A stretch of 64,000 nt of DNA from an uncultured virus (IMG/VR IMGVR_UViG_3300021364_000014) (Duplodnaviria > Heunggongvirae > Uroviricota > Caudoviricetes). How positions within the stretch are numbered: the first letter of the stretch is position 1; each line of letters begins with the position of its first letter. The notes under the pieces were generated by a model, which worked only from the letters and a program-made list of their open reading frames with translations, ran no database searches and had not been told where the DNA came from. The stretch lies in the IMG/VR virus record IMGVR_UViG_3300021364_000014. The stretch is one strand, 5' to 3'. Below are positions 46,767-57,232 of this stretch, one piece after another. Position numbers and translations under genes: made by a program.

Positions 46767-49700
46767 TTATACAATAGCCCAGTTACCACCACTATTTATA
46801 GTTACAGTGTAACCGTTTGCAATAGTGATAGGTCCTGCACTTACACAGTTGATGTTTGCGGGGATTGTGATATTTTCTGCAACAGTGTTGCTGTTAGACT
46901 TGAAGATACCGTAAGAGTCAATCCACTGTCTGACACCGTTAGCATACAGAGCACCATTCTCGATGTTAGTATCGCCAGAAATATGTAGTTCATATGTAGG
47001 ATCAACTCTGTTGATACCAACTCTTGATAGTCTGTAGATATCTGCTTGGTTAGTTGCTTCAGTCCATCTGGAAGTAACGAATTCAGAGTTGTTCTGGAAC
47101 AACTGACCATTGATGTTCATGTCTCCCTGAACATTCAACTTATAGTTTCTGGTCTGGTTGTTCTCTGGATCAACACCAGAGAATGCAGAAGTGTTGACTG
47201 CAATTGCGTTCTCAGAACCATCAATCAAGAGAGCAGGTGTTCCCTTCCAGGAAGTACCGCCATTGTTGCTGGATGGTGTGATTTCAAAGCAATCGTTGAA
47301 TCCGATTTGGTTACCAACTCTGAAGTTTCTTGCAGAAGAAGAACCAAGGAAGTATAATGGAGCACCAGAGTTATCATTAGCAGTATCAATAGTCATACTG
47401 ATAATGTTGGTGAGATTTCTAGCTTGGTCTAGAATTCTCGTTCCGTTTACATGATAACCAAATGCTGCGTTTACACCAGTGTCATCATAAACTTGGAAAT
47501 GAACTTTATCTCCATCTTCTGGTTCGTAGATGTCAAGACCTTCAGGTGTTGCCCTGATTGCCATGTCAATTCCAGAATCAGCAGATCCATTGAAGAAAAT
47601 AGTTGGTTGTGTAACACCAGAAAGTAGAATGTTTCCACCAACATGTAATGCTTGTGCTGGATTGACTCCAACATTGATACCAACACGATCTGTAGATACA
47701 TCAACGAATAGTGTATCAGTATCAACTGCAAGGTCATTTGTGATCGAAACGGTGCTCAGGAATGTACCTGTACCTTGTACTTGGAAGTTAGATGCAGCAC
47801 CAGTTAGGGTCAGCGAACCAGTCATGGTATCGCCTGCCTTGAGGACGTTCAGAGAAGCAGCACCAGTGATAGATGCTGTGATTGTACCAGCAGCAAAGTT
47901 GCCACTCGCATCACGCTTGACTGCTGTATTTGCAATGTTTGCAGATTGGAATTCGATGTTACCTTCGTTCCAAACTTTGCTACCGTTGACAGAGAAACCA
48001 TCAGCATTAACAACCTGTACGTTGAGAGTACCAGATCCGTCAGATGCATTACCACCAGAAGCGATAATTGCTGAGTTGTAGTTTGCTGCCTGAGTAGAAG
48101 AGTTGAAGTATAGACCAGGAGAAGATTGAACTCCGTCCTTTCTACCTAGTCTTAGGTTTGCTGTGCCACCATCACTTTCCCACTTAGCAACTTCTACTGT
48201 GTTGTCATCTTCAATAGTGAACTCTTGGAATGGTACGTTGATAGCAGTGCTACCAATATTAATTGCACCAATGAAGTTACCAGTCGTTAGTCTACCAACA
48301 ATGATGGTGTAGTCATTGAAGTTGTCAGCGGTGTCATCGTTGACGATGATGTTGTCAATTGCGATCTGACCCGTACCCTGACCATTTGCGTTGTACAGGT
48401 TGACGTTGTTACCAGGAGTGAATGGAGAAGTAGTTAGAGTTCTGCCACTTACATAGATTTGATACTTAGGATCACCATTGAAAGACTTGATGGTAATAGT
48501 ATCTCTGAATACTGTTGGACTAATAAATCTTGGAAGTCTGTTATCAGAGAGTGTTCCACCATTAATGTTTAGAGCATTCTGATACCATGATCCTTGCTTA
48601 TCATCTAGTCTGTCTGCGTTTAGACCAGATCCAACACCATCATTTAGAGAAGACCAAATCTTTGCCCAGGAACCGAAGCTGGTAACACCAGTTCCAGATC
48701 CACGCAACCACATGTTGTCATTGTCGGTAAATGCAAGTTGTCTTACACCACCACCAGATGCGTCGAAGTTGCTGCCGAACTGTCTGATAGTCATGACGAG
48801 GTGCTTGTTACCACCGTCTAACAACTGGTTAGAAGAGTTGTTTACAGTGTTAGCAACAATACCTTCTTGGAAGAAGTTTGGAGTTGGGTTGGATGTTGGG
48901 TTGTTAGTACCAGTTAGAACTCTGAGTGTGTTACCAGAAGAACCAGAGATGTCAATGTTGTAAGTACCAGACAGTCTATCTGTTGGTAGCGTACCAGCGT
49001 TCTGGTTGCTAGAGTTCAGGTAGAAGGAACCTTGTGCGCCGTCGAGAAGGTCAGCGTCAAGACCAGAGTCAGGACCGACGTTTAGATCGACAGAACCATT
49101 TCCAGATTGACCGATGGTGAACTGAGACTTCTTAAATCTTGCAACACCAATCGTTCCATACAAGTCAGAGGAGATCGTCAGATCAGTAACTCTCTGAACG
49201 TCAATAGAAACGTTTGCATACTGTCTGTTGACTGTGCTTAGTTTTGCCTCTAGAACCAGACCAGATCCTCCACCAATTTCTGGTGGTGGATTTGTGATTG
49301 AGAAGTCAGCATTGTATCCAGTACCACCGTCAGTAACAGTGATCTCAGTGACTGCATTGTTTGCAACAATAACGTTGCAACGTAGTCCAGTGCCAGTTCC
49401 ACCAGTCAATCCAACGTCAAAGTATTGACCATTGGTGAATCCACTACCACCAGAGGAAATGATAACGTCATCGATGAATCCACCTTGAGTGTAGCTGGAC
49501 TCGAAGATCATTGGAGATCCACCACGCTCAAACTCGATGATGGTTCCTGCAGGAATTGTAGCAGTGACTGGGTTGTTGATCGAAACTGTCGTCAGACCAG
49601 CAGCAGTAATAACACCTGTAATATTGGTATTGAGTTGGATACCAGAAACATTGTTTAGAACTTCATGTCCAATCAATACATCCGAGTTGGTTGTAAAGAT

Positions 49701-52700
49701 CAGAGAACTAGATCCAGCATTTACGTTAGAGTAGAGTTGAGCAAAGTATCTTGTTTCAGAACCCTTGACCGACTGAACTGCAAGTGCAAAGTTCTGGTCA
49801 CCACGCAGGAATGTGAAGGAGTTTGCAGCACCACCAGTTGCCAATCTGTCAGTCTCTAGAACACCAGATGTGATGTCAGAAGCAGCGATCTGGTTGGAGG
49901 ATAGAGATACCCAGTTATTAGCGTTGCTGGAAGAAGTATTGACGACTCTGCTAATGTTGACAGCAACTGGAGGAATATCACTAGAATCAATATTGTCAGT
50001 ATCGGTGATCTTGACGTTATTAACAATGTTACCGTACAGTCTGCTTTCGATGAATGCATCACCTTGTGCTTGTGTACCTGCACCAGTTGGAGCAGCAAAC
50101 GTAACAGTTGGTTGAGTTGTATATCCTTTACCGCCCTTGATACCTTGGAACTCGATGATTGTAACGGTAACAACCTCGCCGTTAGCAATGGTACATTCTG
50201 CTTGTGCAGGAATTGCACCTAATCCAGGGTTACCACCAGAGATTGTAACCGTTGGTGGGGAAGTGTATCCAGAACCACCATCAGTGATATTGATCTGGTA
50301 GACTACACCAGTTCTGTATTCAGTTGCCTGAATTCTACCACCAGAGATACTACCAGTGAAGATATCATTGATAGTAAACTGCAGTGTGGGATCTACAGGG
50401 AATCCAGCGAACAGACTGGAGTTATCATTGTTCAGAATGAACGATGTAGATGTATCCTGTTGAATTGCGATGTCACCAGCAAGTGCGCCTTCGATAGAAA
50501 GTCTTGCATTTTGATCGGGAACAGTGTAGACACTGAATGGTCTGAGTGCTGGGATCTGGTCGATAGAAATCTTACCAGAGTCAGTCAATTCAACCAGTGC
50601 TCTAGGAACAGCGTTCGTGGAGTATGGTTTGTTGATGTATGGACCAAGATTGTTGGTGATGTAGTCTCTAACTGCCTTCTGAGTAGGTAGTTTAGAGTCA
50701 GTTGCGTTAGCACCACCAAGTGTGTTGGATGCGTCGAAACCAGTAACAACAACGTCGCCACCTTTCAGTTTCAAGAATTCAACTTCAGAGATCGTAACCG
50801 TACCTGTGAAAGTAATAGCACCAGTTCTGTTTTCGATTCTTGCGAATGTACCAACCTTGAAGTCACCAAGTTCGTCAGTACCAGAAACATAAACACGACC
50901 ATAGTTTTCAGAGACTTGTTCGAATGCCTCAACCTTAGTACCACCGTTCTCGGGTAGTGCTAGGTAGTTAATACCAGAACCTGCAAATTCCCAAGTGTGG
51001 GAAGAAGAGTTGACAATAGATGGTCTGTGTAGGTTGATTGTAGAACCAGTTAGTGTTCCTACAGAAACTGGGTTTCCAGTAGCAATACTGGTTAGATCCA
51101 TTGCCTGACCAGTTCCATCATCGATGGTCAACTGTGCAGAGAAAGGAGGACCAACAGTTACCGAACCAACAGCATCGATAAAGTATTCAATTTCAGGATT
51201 GGTGTTTGTAACACCATCAATCTTGACGACATAGTGCTCAAGAGGTTCTCTTCCAAGTCCACTAACTGTTAGAATAGTTCTACCAGTTGGAGTTGCGGAT
51301 ACATTGGTGATTGTTGCAATATCAAAGACGTATGGATCTTTTCTGAATCCTGTACCTCTTAGTGCATATTGTCCAAAGTTGGTAGCGGAGTTGGTGATAG
51401 ATGCATAACCACCAGACTCACAGAGGACACCATCAGAACAGAAGATAACAAAGACCGAAACCAACTGGGTATAACCATCGTTGATAACTTTATATCCTGT
51501 ACCACCAAAGGAGACGATCGTGAATGCCGCAGCAACCATCGATTTACCTTGGTTGGGGAAGGATGCAGAACCGTCTAGTTCCAGACCAGGGAAAGGACAG
51601 TTGGGTTGCTTGACCTTAGAACCGTCAATTAAAGCACCGCCACCACCTAGGAAGGAGATAACAGATGCGTTCTGGGTGTAAGGAGATGCTTCAATAATTG
51701 GGAAGTCATCAAAGTCACCACGAACCGCCATTCTGACGCCATCCTGATCATAGATGTAGCTGTCAGGATAGGTTAGAATTTGTGAAGTATCATACAGAGT
51801 TCCTGTGTTCTTAGTTGTAACACCAGGAGCAACTGTACCGTCTAGAATATCTTCTAGTAGAGCGAATAATGTTGTAATTGTGGATGCTACGTTTGCACAA
51901 TCTGGGTTTCCAGGATCAGCAAGAATAGTTCCGTCAGTGAATTGTGGGATTGGCGAAGATGTAGTTACAGGAGTGCCAGCACCATCAGTCCAGTTACGCA
52001 TTGCAGCAATAGCGTAATCTCTTACTTGCTGATATGCATATAGAGTTTGTGGTAAATATGCAGAATCAATACCTGTTAGTTGTGCTCCAGTGTAGTAGAA
52101 CTCTGCATTAGTTACAGTTCCTGAATTACCACCTAAGCACAAGTCTCTTACAAGACCTTTGAGGATGAATCCAATATCTCTTCTGCACTTTCTTTCGTCT
52201 ACATTATTAAGTCCTAGTGCTGGATACTGAACAAGAGTATCAAGATATGCTTGATCAGCAATAAGATCCTTGTTGCGAGCAATCAGATATGCTGCATCTA
52301 GATATGTTCCAGAAGCATTATTTGCAATAACGTCTACCCAGAGGTATGCTAAAGTATCAATAGCAGATGCTACGTTAGCACAAGCAGGTGTTCCTGCTGT
52401 TGTTGTGATAACAGTATCATCAAAGTATCTTGGTAGAGTGGAATATACAGGTGTGTAGACAGGATCGCTTGGAGTTCTATTACCAGTTCTCCAGTTACAC
52501 ATTGCAAAGGTTGCTAGTTCTCTAGCATACTCAATTGCACGAACTGTTTGAATAATCTCATTCTCTACATATGCAATCTTGGCACCAACAATATACTTCT
52601 TAGCGGCTTCGATTACGTTAAAGTTGGATCCAAATTCTAGGTCTCTAGCTAGAGCATTCAAGAAGTGAACAACGTCTTCACGACACTGATCATCATCAAC

Positions 52701-55700
52701 AGGAATGCTGAAACTTGGATATAGTTTCTGACCATTATCACATTCCAGTAGAATGTTGTTGATCTGAACAGTGTCATCCTCTGCGATTCCAGGAATTGGA
52801 GATGCTAGAGTAACTGTTGCAGCACCACTGACTACATTATCCCAAACAAAGTTTGTGATATTGTAAGAGTTTCCACCATACGTAACCGTACCGCCACTTA
52901 CATACGTATGCGTTTGACTTGTAAAACCAAGATAAATCTTGAATTCCGAACCACCAACACTCAATGCGTTGGATACAGATCTGACAAATGTATGTGTAGA
53001 CTGTGGTAAATGCTTGACAGCATTAGCGGTTGCACCAACAAACGAATGTGGAGATTGTGGTTCAAACTTAATTGCATTAGCAGTAGCAGAAACAAAGGTG
53101 TGAACAGAACCAGATGCAGTTCCTGCACTGCCAACATTGAGAGAAATCCAACCATCTTGTCTTCTGATCGCATTAGCAGAAGCACTAACAAACGTATGTG
53201 CTCCTGTATATGGGGAAGATCCTACATTGATTGTGAACGTATTTGCGTCAATAACTACAATTGGCATCCAGCGTCCAGATGGATAATCATAACCAGCACG
53301 TGGATATGTCTTTTGTGCAGTATTTCCATCTAGATCACAAGTGTATGTGAGAGATCCATCTTGAATCTGTACATAATCACCACTAGTAAATCCATGACCA
53401 GCAACTGTAAATGTTACCGTTCCTGTTGCAGCATTATAAGGCGCGTCAGTGGGAGTATGCTCCGTATACCCAACATCAGTAAGAGGAATAGACTGACCAG
53501 CATATGGGTCAGAACCAGGACGTGGATATGTGTGCTGAGTTGCGTTGCCGTCTTGATCGCAAGTAAATGTAAATGAGTTATCGGAAAGAACTACACTGCG
53601 TCCAACTCCAAGACCATGTTGACCGATTTGGCATAACATATCTCCTGTAGCAGGATTATAGTTTACCGCAGATGGTTGGAAATACTGGTTTGGTTGAGAT
53701 GCACCAGCATTTACAGTGATAGTGTTTGCACCAACTGCTGTGATAGGCATAGACCTACCAGCAAATGGATCGATACCAGGACGAGGATATGTTTTAACCG
53801 ACTGATATCCATCCATGTCGCAAGTAAACGACAGGGAGTTATCATCAATAACAATACCTTCACCAACAGAAAGTGTATGTGTACCGATTGTAAGAACTAA
53901 ATCTCCAGTAGCAGGGTCATAGGAAGCACCAGATGGAGTCCACTGTTGATTTGCTCCAGATGCACCTACATTTACAGTAAAGGTATTTGTGTCTGCGGCA
54001 GTGATAGGAAGTGCTTTTCCACTTGCATACTGGTCAGATTCGGGCAGAGCGTGCTCTGTCTTATTGCCGTCCATCGTACAAGTGAATGTGATGGATTCAT
54101 CGGCAATCTTAACACCATCACCAACTGAAAGACCATGGTTTGCTACTGTGAATACGGAATCACCTGTAGCAGGATCGTATGTTACATTGGTTGGAGTGTA
54201 AGCGGAATCTACAGCACCACCAATATCGTATACAGAGTAGTATTCTTTCTTGAATTGGTCGTTGATCTTTCCTACAACTTCATCAGCGATGAAATCTCTG
54301 TTGTTACGGATGAAGGTAACAGCATCCTGATATCTTCTATCAACAGGAGAAGATAGTGGGAATTTGTTTGGAGAGTTTAGTAGGGATAGGGTGATACTCT
54401 TGGAGTATGACTTTACAACAGCAGCAGATCCTGGTTGGAAGTTAGCATCTGTAATTGCTGGGAACTTCTTAGGAATTACGAATCTTCTGCAGCGACCGTC
54501 AGCGTCTTCGATAACTTTGTAGATTCTCTGCTTACCATTCAATGCAGACAAGTCGGGACCAGCAGTAGGAAGACCGCTAATTTCAATCTCCTGACCTTCT
54601 TTGAAATCGTGGAAGTTTGTTCTACCGACTAGTTCACTGGTGTAGAATACAACACCACCAAGGTCTTCGGCATTGCCAAATTGTGCAGAATGTACACCAT
54701 CTTGAGTAATAGATGGGTCTCCTTGTAATGAGAAATCAATTCTTTGAATTGGTAGAGTTGCTGTGATGTTCTCATCAACAGATACAACTTCACCTTCTGC
54801 TCTAATAGAAATTAGTTCAGTGGTATCAATTTCTTCTACAATAATGTTTGCATCATTGATGGTGAAGTTGCATGGTCCAATAGTATCAAAAGTAGGTGCG
54901 CCTAGAATTGGCGAGAATGATACGTACCACTCAGTAGCAGGAATGCTATTCTCAGCATCCTCGTTATCATTTACCTCAATGATTTCGTAGAACTGAGTTC
55001 CAGTAAAGAATGTATTTGGAACGTCATCGATAGCAACATAAACACCACCAGTAAATGATACACTTTCTGGATTGCTGCTAAACTTGAGAGTATTAGATGC
55101 GTAAATTTCTGACGATGACTGTAGTAAACTACCTCCATCAGAACCGCTGATTAGGTATCTAAAACTTTCACCCTGAATAAAGGAACCAGACTTCAGTGTA
55201 ACATCAATTGTACCTGTTAGGTATGCACTAGCACCAATTGCGGTTGTGAAAGATACATCAATAATTTCTGCTCTAGCACCAGAGTTAATACCAACAATTT
55301 CTAGACCAGTTTGTAGTTGTGATAAACCTGTGTTATCTTGGAAGCTTAGACGGAACTGATCGGGTCCAAAAATTTGGTGACCGATTGGGAAGTTAGTTCC
55401 AAAGTCTCCGTTGGTATCATAATCAACGATAACACGCTGTTTATCGTCAAATACCATCGCAAAATCCCAAGTTGCGACAGAATCACCAAATGCGTCAACT
55501 TGGTCTCTATAAGTAACACCAGTAACGTAGTTCTTATCGCCAAACTTAAAGATGTGCTTCTTGGGGTTAGCAGGTCTGATGATTACCAGACGCAAGTTGT
55601 CACCAACAACAGAGCAGTCAGGAGGTAGAGAGATTGGGTTATCTTCTACGTAGTCTCCACCAGAAACAATCAGTGTTTCTTTGACACCAGGAGTTGCCCA

Positions 55701-56684
55701 TGCTAACTGTGCTGCTTTTTTGATAGAGCGAACAGGACTGACAGCAGAGCGACCATCGTTTTCGTCAGAACCAATCTGCTGAGAGACATAGATTCTGCCA
55801 CCAACGTCATTGGTTGCTAGGTTTAGAACGTATTCTGTAGTAGCAATCTTGTCCGATCTGTCACCCAATAGTGGTGTGATAGATCTTGGGAATACGCCTG
55901 CTTCTCCAGTGGTATTGTAACCAAATGCTTCCTCGTCAATAACTCGGAAACCAATATGCTTAAAGTTGACTTCTCCGTTTAGAACTACACCATCTACGTG
56001 CTCAGGTGCATCGGATCCAGTCTGTCCAGTGTTTAGTGCCTGATAAACGTTGGCACCAAAATATCTGTAAGAATCTTTTTGGATAATAACATTGTCAGCC
56101 CAGGGAGTACCTGTATTGTTGACATATGTTTTGAAATTTGGACCTCTTAGGTTTAGGTCAGGTGTAATAAAGTTGTCAATATCAAGGTTTAGAATTCTCG
56201 CCGTATCAGAAATGATAGACGTGGAGGTTCTAATAGCACCGTTGATGTCAAGTTCAAAGTCAACCGTGTCAAGTTGTACTGTTGCAGTAGCACCAGCACC
56301 GCCACCACCACCAGTAATGATGGCATTGGGAGCAGATGTATATCCACTACCAGGGTTATTAACAGCAATGTTGATTACTCTGCCGTTGAAGATAAACGCA
56401 GAAGCAAGTGCTTGTACACCACCAGGAGTGGATGGAGGATCAATCGTAACAGAAGGAACAACAGTGTAACCAGTACCACCATCTGTTACGGTTACAGTGT
56501 TTACTCTCTGTCCAGTTCGGTTGATACCAACACGTGGCAAGGATGTATCAGGATCGAGTTGAGTTCTGAGAATTTCTTTCTCAGCTGCCCCAACGCCTGC
56601 CCTAATTGTTACTTCATTATCACCGATAAAAGCAGGTTTTGAACCTCTAAAAGTCTCTTTATCGGAATTAATGTTAAAACTCAT
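46767..56684 (-). CDS. Giant tail fibre/virion structural protein (3305 aa)
   Basis: GGxGY-P-V repeats, KCxRD helical repeats, GLDADLLDG, RVGIN, C-terminal SAGPITIANG...W motif. Confidence 0.85.
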   Translation of the reverse strand: MSFNINSDKETFRGSKPAFIGDNEVTIRAGVGAAEKEILRTQLDPDTSLPRVGINRTGQRVNTVTVTDGGTGYTVVPSVTIDPPSTPGGVQALASAFIFNGRVINIAVNNPGSGYTSAPNAIITGGGGGAGATATVQLDTVDFELDINGAIRTSTSIISDTARILNLDIDNFITPDLNLRGPNFKTYVNNTGTPWADNVIIQKDSYRYFGANVYQALNTGQTGSDAPEHVDGVVLNGEVNFKHIGFRVIDEEAFGYNTTGEAGVFPRSITPLLGDRSDKIATTEYVLNLATNDVGGRIYVSQQIGSDENDGRSAVSPVRSIKKAAQLAWATPGVKETLIVSGGDYVEDNPISLPPDCSVVGDNLRLVIIRPANPKKHIFKFGDKNYVTGVTYRDQVDAFGDSVATWDFAMVFDDKQRVIVDYDTNGDFGTNFPIGHQIFGPDQFRLSFQDNTGLSQLQTGLEIVGINSGARAEIIDVSFTTAIGASAYLTGTIDVTLKSGSFIQGESFRYLISGSDGGSLLQSSSEIYASNTLKFSSNPESVSFTGGVYVAIDDVPNTFFTGTQFYEIIEVNDNEDAENSIPATEWYVSFSPILGAPTFDTIGPCNFTINDANIIVEEIDTTELISIRAEGEVVSVDENITATLPIQRIDFSLQGDPSITQDGVHSAQFGNAEDLGGVVFYTSELVGRTNFHDFKEGQEIEISGLPTAGPDLSALNGKQRIYKVIEDADGRCRRFVIPKKFPAITDANFQPGSAAVVKSYSKSITLSLLNSPNKFPLSSPVDRRYQDAVTFIRNNRDFIADEVVGKINDQFKKEYYSVYDIGGAVDSAYTPTNVTYDPATGDSVFTVANHGLSVGDGVKIADESITFTCTMDGNKTEHALPESDQYASGKALPITAADTNTFTVNVGASGANQQWTPSGASYDPATGDLVLTIGTHTLSVGEGIVIDDNSLSFTCDMDGYQSVKTYPRPGIDPFAGRSMPITAVGANTITVNAGASQPNQYFQPSAVNYNPATGDMLCQIGQHGLGVGRSVVLSDNSFTFTCDQDGNATQHTYPRPGSDPYAGQSIPLTDVGYTEHTPTDAPYNAATGTVTFTVAGHGFTSGDYVQIQDGSLTYTCDLDGNTAQKTYPRAGYDYPSGRWMPIVVIDANTFTINVGSSPYTGAHTFVSASANAIRRQDGWISLNVGSAGTASGSVHTFVSATANAIKFEPQSPHSFVGATANAVKHLPQSTHTFVRSVSNALSVGGSEFKIYLGFTSQTHTYVSGGTVTYGGNSYNITNFVWDNVVSGAATVTLASPIPGIAEDDTVQINNILLECDNGQKLYPSFSIPVDDDQCREDVVHFLNALARDLEFGSNFNVIEAAKKYIVGAKIAYVENEIIQTVRAIEYARELATFAMCNWRTGNRTPSDPVYTPVYSTLPRYFDDTVITTTAGTPACANVASAIDTLAYLWVDVIANNASGTYLDAAYLIARNKDLIADQAYLDTLVQYPALGLNNVDERKCRRDIGFILKGLVRDLCLGGNSGTVTNAEFYYTGAQLTGIDSAYLPQTLYAYQQVRDYAIAAMRNWTDGAGTPVTTSSPIPQFTDGTILADPGNPDCANVASTITTLFALLEDILDGTVAPGVTTKNTGTLYDTSQILTYPDSYIYDQDGVRMAVRGDFDDFPIIEASPYTQNASVISFLGGGGALIDGSKVKQPNCPFPGLELDGSASFPNQGKSMVAAAFTIVSFGGTGYKVINDGYTQLVSVFVIFCSDGVLCESGGYASITNSATNFGQYALRGTGFRKDPYVFDIATITNVSATPTGRTILTVSGLGREPLEHYVVKIDGVTNTNPEIEYFIDAVGSVTVGPPFSAQLTIDDGTGQAMDLTSIATGNPVSVGTLTGSTINLHRPSIVNSSSHTWEFAGSGINYLALPENGGTKVEAFEQVSENYGRVYVSGTDELGDFKVGTFARIENRTGAITFTGTVTISEVEFLKLKGGDVVVTGFDASNTLGGANATDSKLPTQKAVRDYITNNLGPYINKPYSTNAVPRALVELTDSGKISIDQIPALRPFSVYTVPDQNARLSIEGALAGDIAIQQDTSTSFILNNDNSSLFAGFPVDPTLQFTINDIFTGSISGGRIQATEYRTGVVYQINITDGGSGYTSPPTVTISGGNPGLGAIPAQAECTIANGEVVTVTIIEFQGIKGGKGYTTQPTVTFAAPTGAGTQAQGDAFIESRLYGNIVNNVKITDTDNIDSSDIPPVAVNISRVVNTSSSNANNWVSLSSNQIAASDITSGVLETDRLATGGAANSFTFLRGDQNFALAVQSVKGSETRYFAQLYSNVNAGSSSLIFTTNSDVLIGHEVLNNVSGIQLNTNITGVITAAGLTTVSINNPVTATIPAGTIIEFERGGSPMIFESSYTQGGFIDDVIISSGGSGFTNGQYFDVGLTGGTGTGLRCNVIVANNAVTEITVTDGGTGYNADFSITNPPPEIGGGSGLVLEAKLSTVNRQYANVSIDVQRVTDLTISSDLYGTIGVARFKKSQFTIGQSGNGSVDLNVGPDSGLDADLLDGAQGSFYLNSSNQNAGTLPTDRLSGTYNIDISGSSGNTLRVLTGTNNPTSNPTPNFFQEGIVANTVNNSSNQLLDGGNKHLVMTIRQFGSNFDASGGGVRQLAFTDNDNMWLRGSGTGVTSFGSWAKIWSSLNDGVGSGLNADRLDDKQGSWYQNALNINGGTLSDNRLPRFISPTVFRDTITIKSFNGDPKYQIYVSGRTLTTSPFTPGNNVNLYNANGQGTGQIAIDNIIVNDDTADNFNDYTIIVGRLTTGNFIGAINIGSTAINVPFQEFTIEDDNTVEVAKWESDGGTANLRLGRKDGVQSSPGLYFNSSTQAANYNSAIIASGGNASDGSGTLNVQVVNADGFSVNGSKVWNEGNIEFQSANIANTAVKRDASGNFAAGTITASITGAASLNVLKAGDTMTGSLTLTGAASNFQVQGTGTFLSTVSITNDLAVDTDTLFVDVSTDRVGINVGVNPAQALHVGGNILLSGVTQPTIFFNGSADSGIDMAIRATPEGLDIYEPEDGDKVHFQVYDDTGVNAAFGYHVNGTRILDQARNLTNIISMTIDTANDNSGAPLYFLGSSSARNFRVGNQIGFNDCFEITPSSNNGGTSWKGTPALLIDGSENAIAVNTSAFSGVDPENNQTRNYKLNVQGDMNINGQLFQNNSEFVTSRWTEATNQADIYRLSRVGINRVDPTYELHISGDTNIENGALYANGVRQWIDSYGIFKSNSNTVAENITIPANINCVSAGPITIANGYTVTINSGGNWAIV
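46793..46800 (-). promoter_or_regulatory. T4 late promoter TATAAATA within the 3' end of the fibre gene
   Basis: Perfect consensus, 31 nt upstream of the Gly-rich gene ATG. Confidence 0.6.
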
Positions 56685-56730
56685 GGTGCCAACTAGCTCC
56701 TAGCCCGTTTATCCTCGTTTATATTTAGCA

Positions 56731-57231
56731 TCATGCCCAAGCAATGCTTACAACTTCGGTAGAAACTACCCATTTGATATTTGAAGTAGTACCTGCTCTA
56801 GTAGTGCTATAACTAAAACGATTGGAAGCTCCTTGTGGTGTGATACTCCAAGTCTGACCGATGGGAATATCATCTTTGATAGCCGTTGTCATCGTAGACA
56901 TGACTGTAACATTTCCAGCACCATCACAGAATGCTGTGCTTTCTTGCTTTGCAGAATACACTACACCCTGAGGATTGACGGCAATAATATGTCCTGTAAT
57001 AAAATTTAGTGTTGAACTATCAATAGGAATCTGTGTACCAACAGGATCTAACGCTAGAACTGCGGTGTTTAGTCCTCTAAGAATATATCTGGTAATTTTA
57101 CTATCAAGATACTCAGAATTCTTAATTTCTAAAGTGTTTATATCCTTAGCATTTCTTAGTTCATCTACAATGGTGGTTTTATCAATAGAAAAACCACCTG
57201 TAGAATCAAACTTTTCTAAATTGACTGGCAT
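56731..57231 (-). CDS. Virion structural protein
   Basis: 166 aa, beta-rich, between two large structural genes. Confidence 0.7.
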   Translation of the reverse strand: MPVNLEKFDSTGGFSIDKTTIVDELRNAKDINTLEIKNSEYLDSKITRYILRGLNTAVLALDPVGTQIPIDSSTLNFITGHIIAVNPQGVVYSAKQESTAFCDGAGNVTVMSTMTTAIKDDIPIGQTWSITPQGASNRFSYSTTRAGTTSNIKWVVSTEVVSIAWA

Positions 57232-57232
57232 T

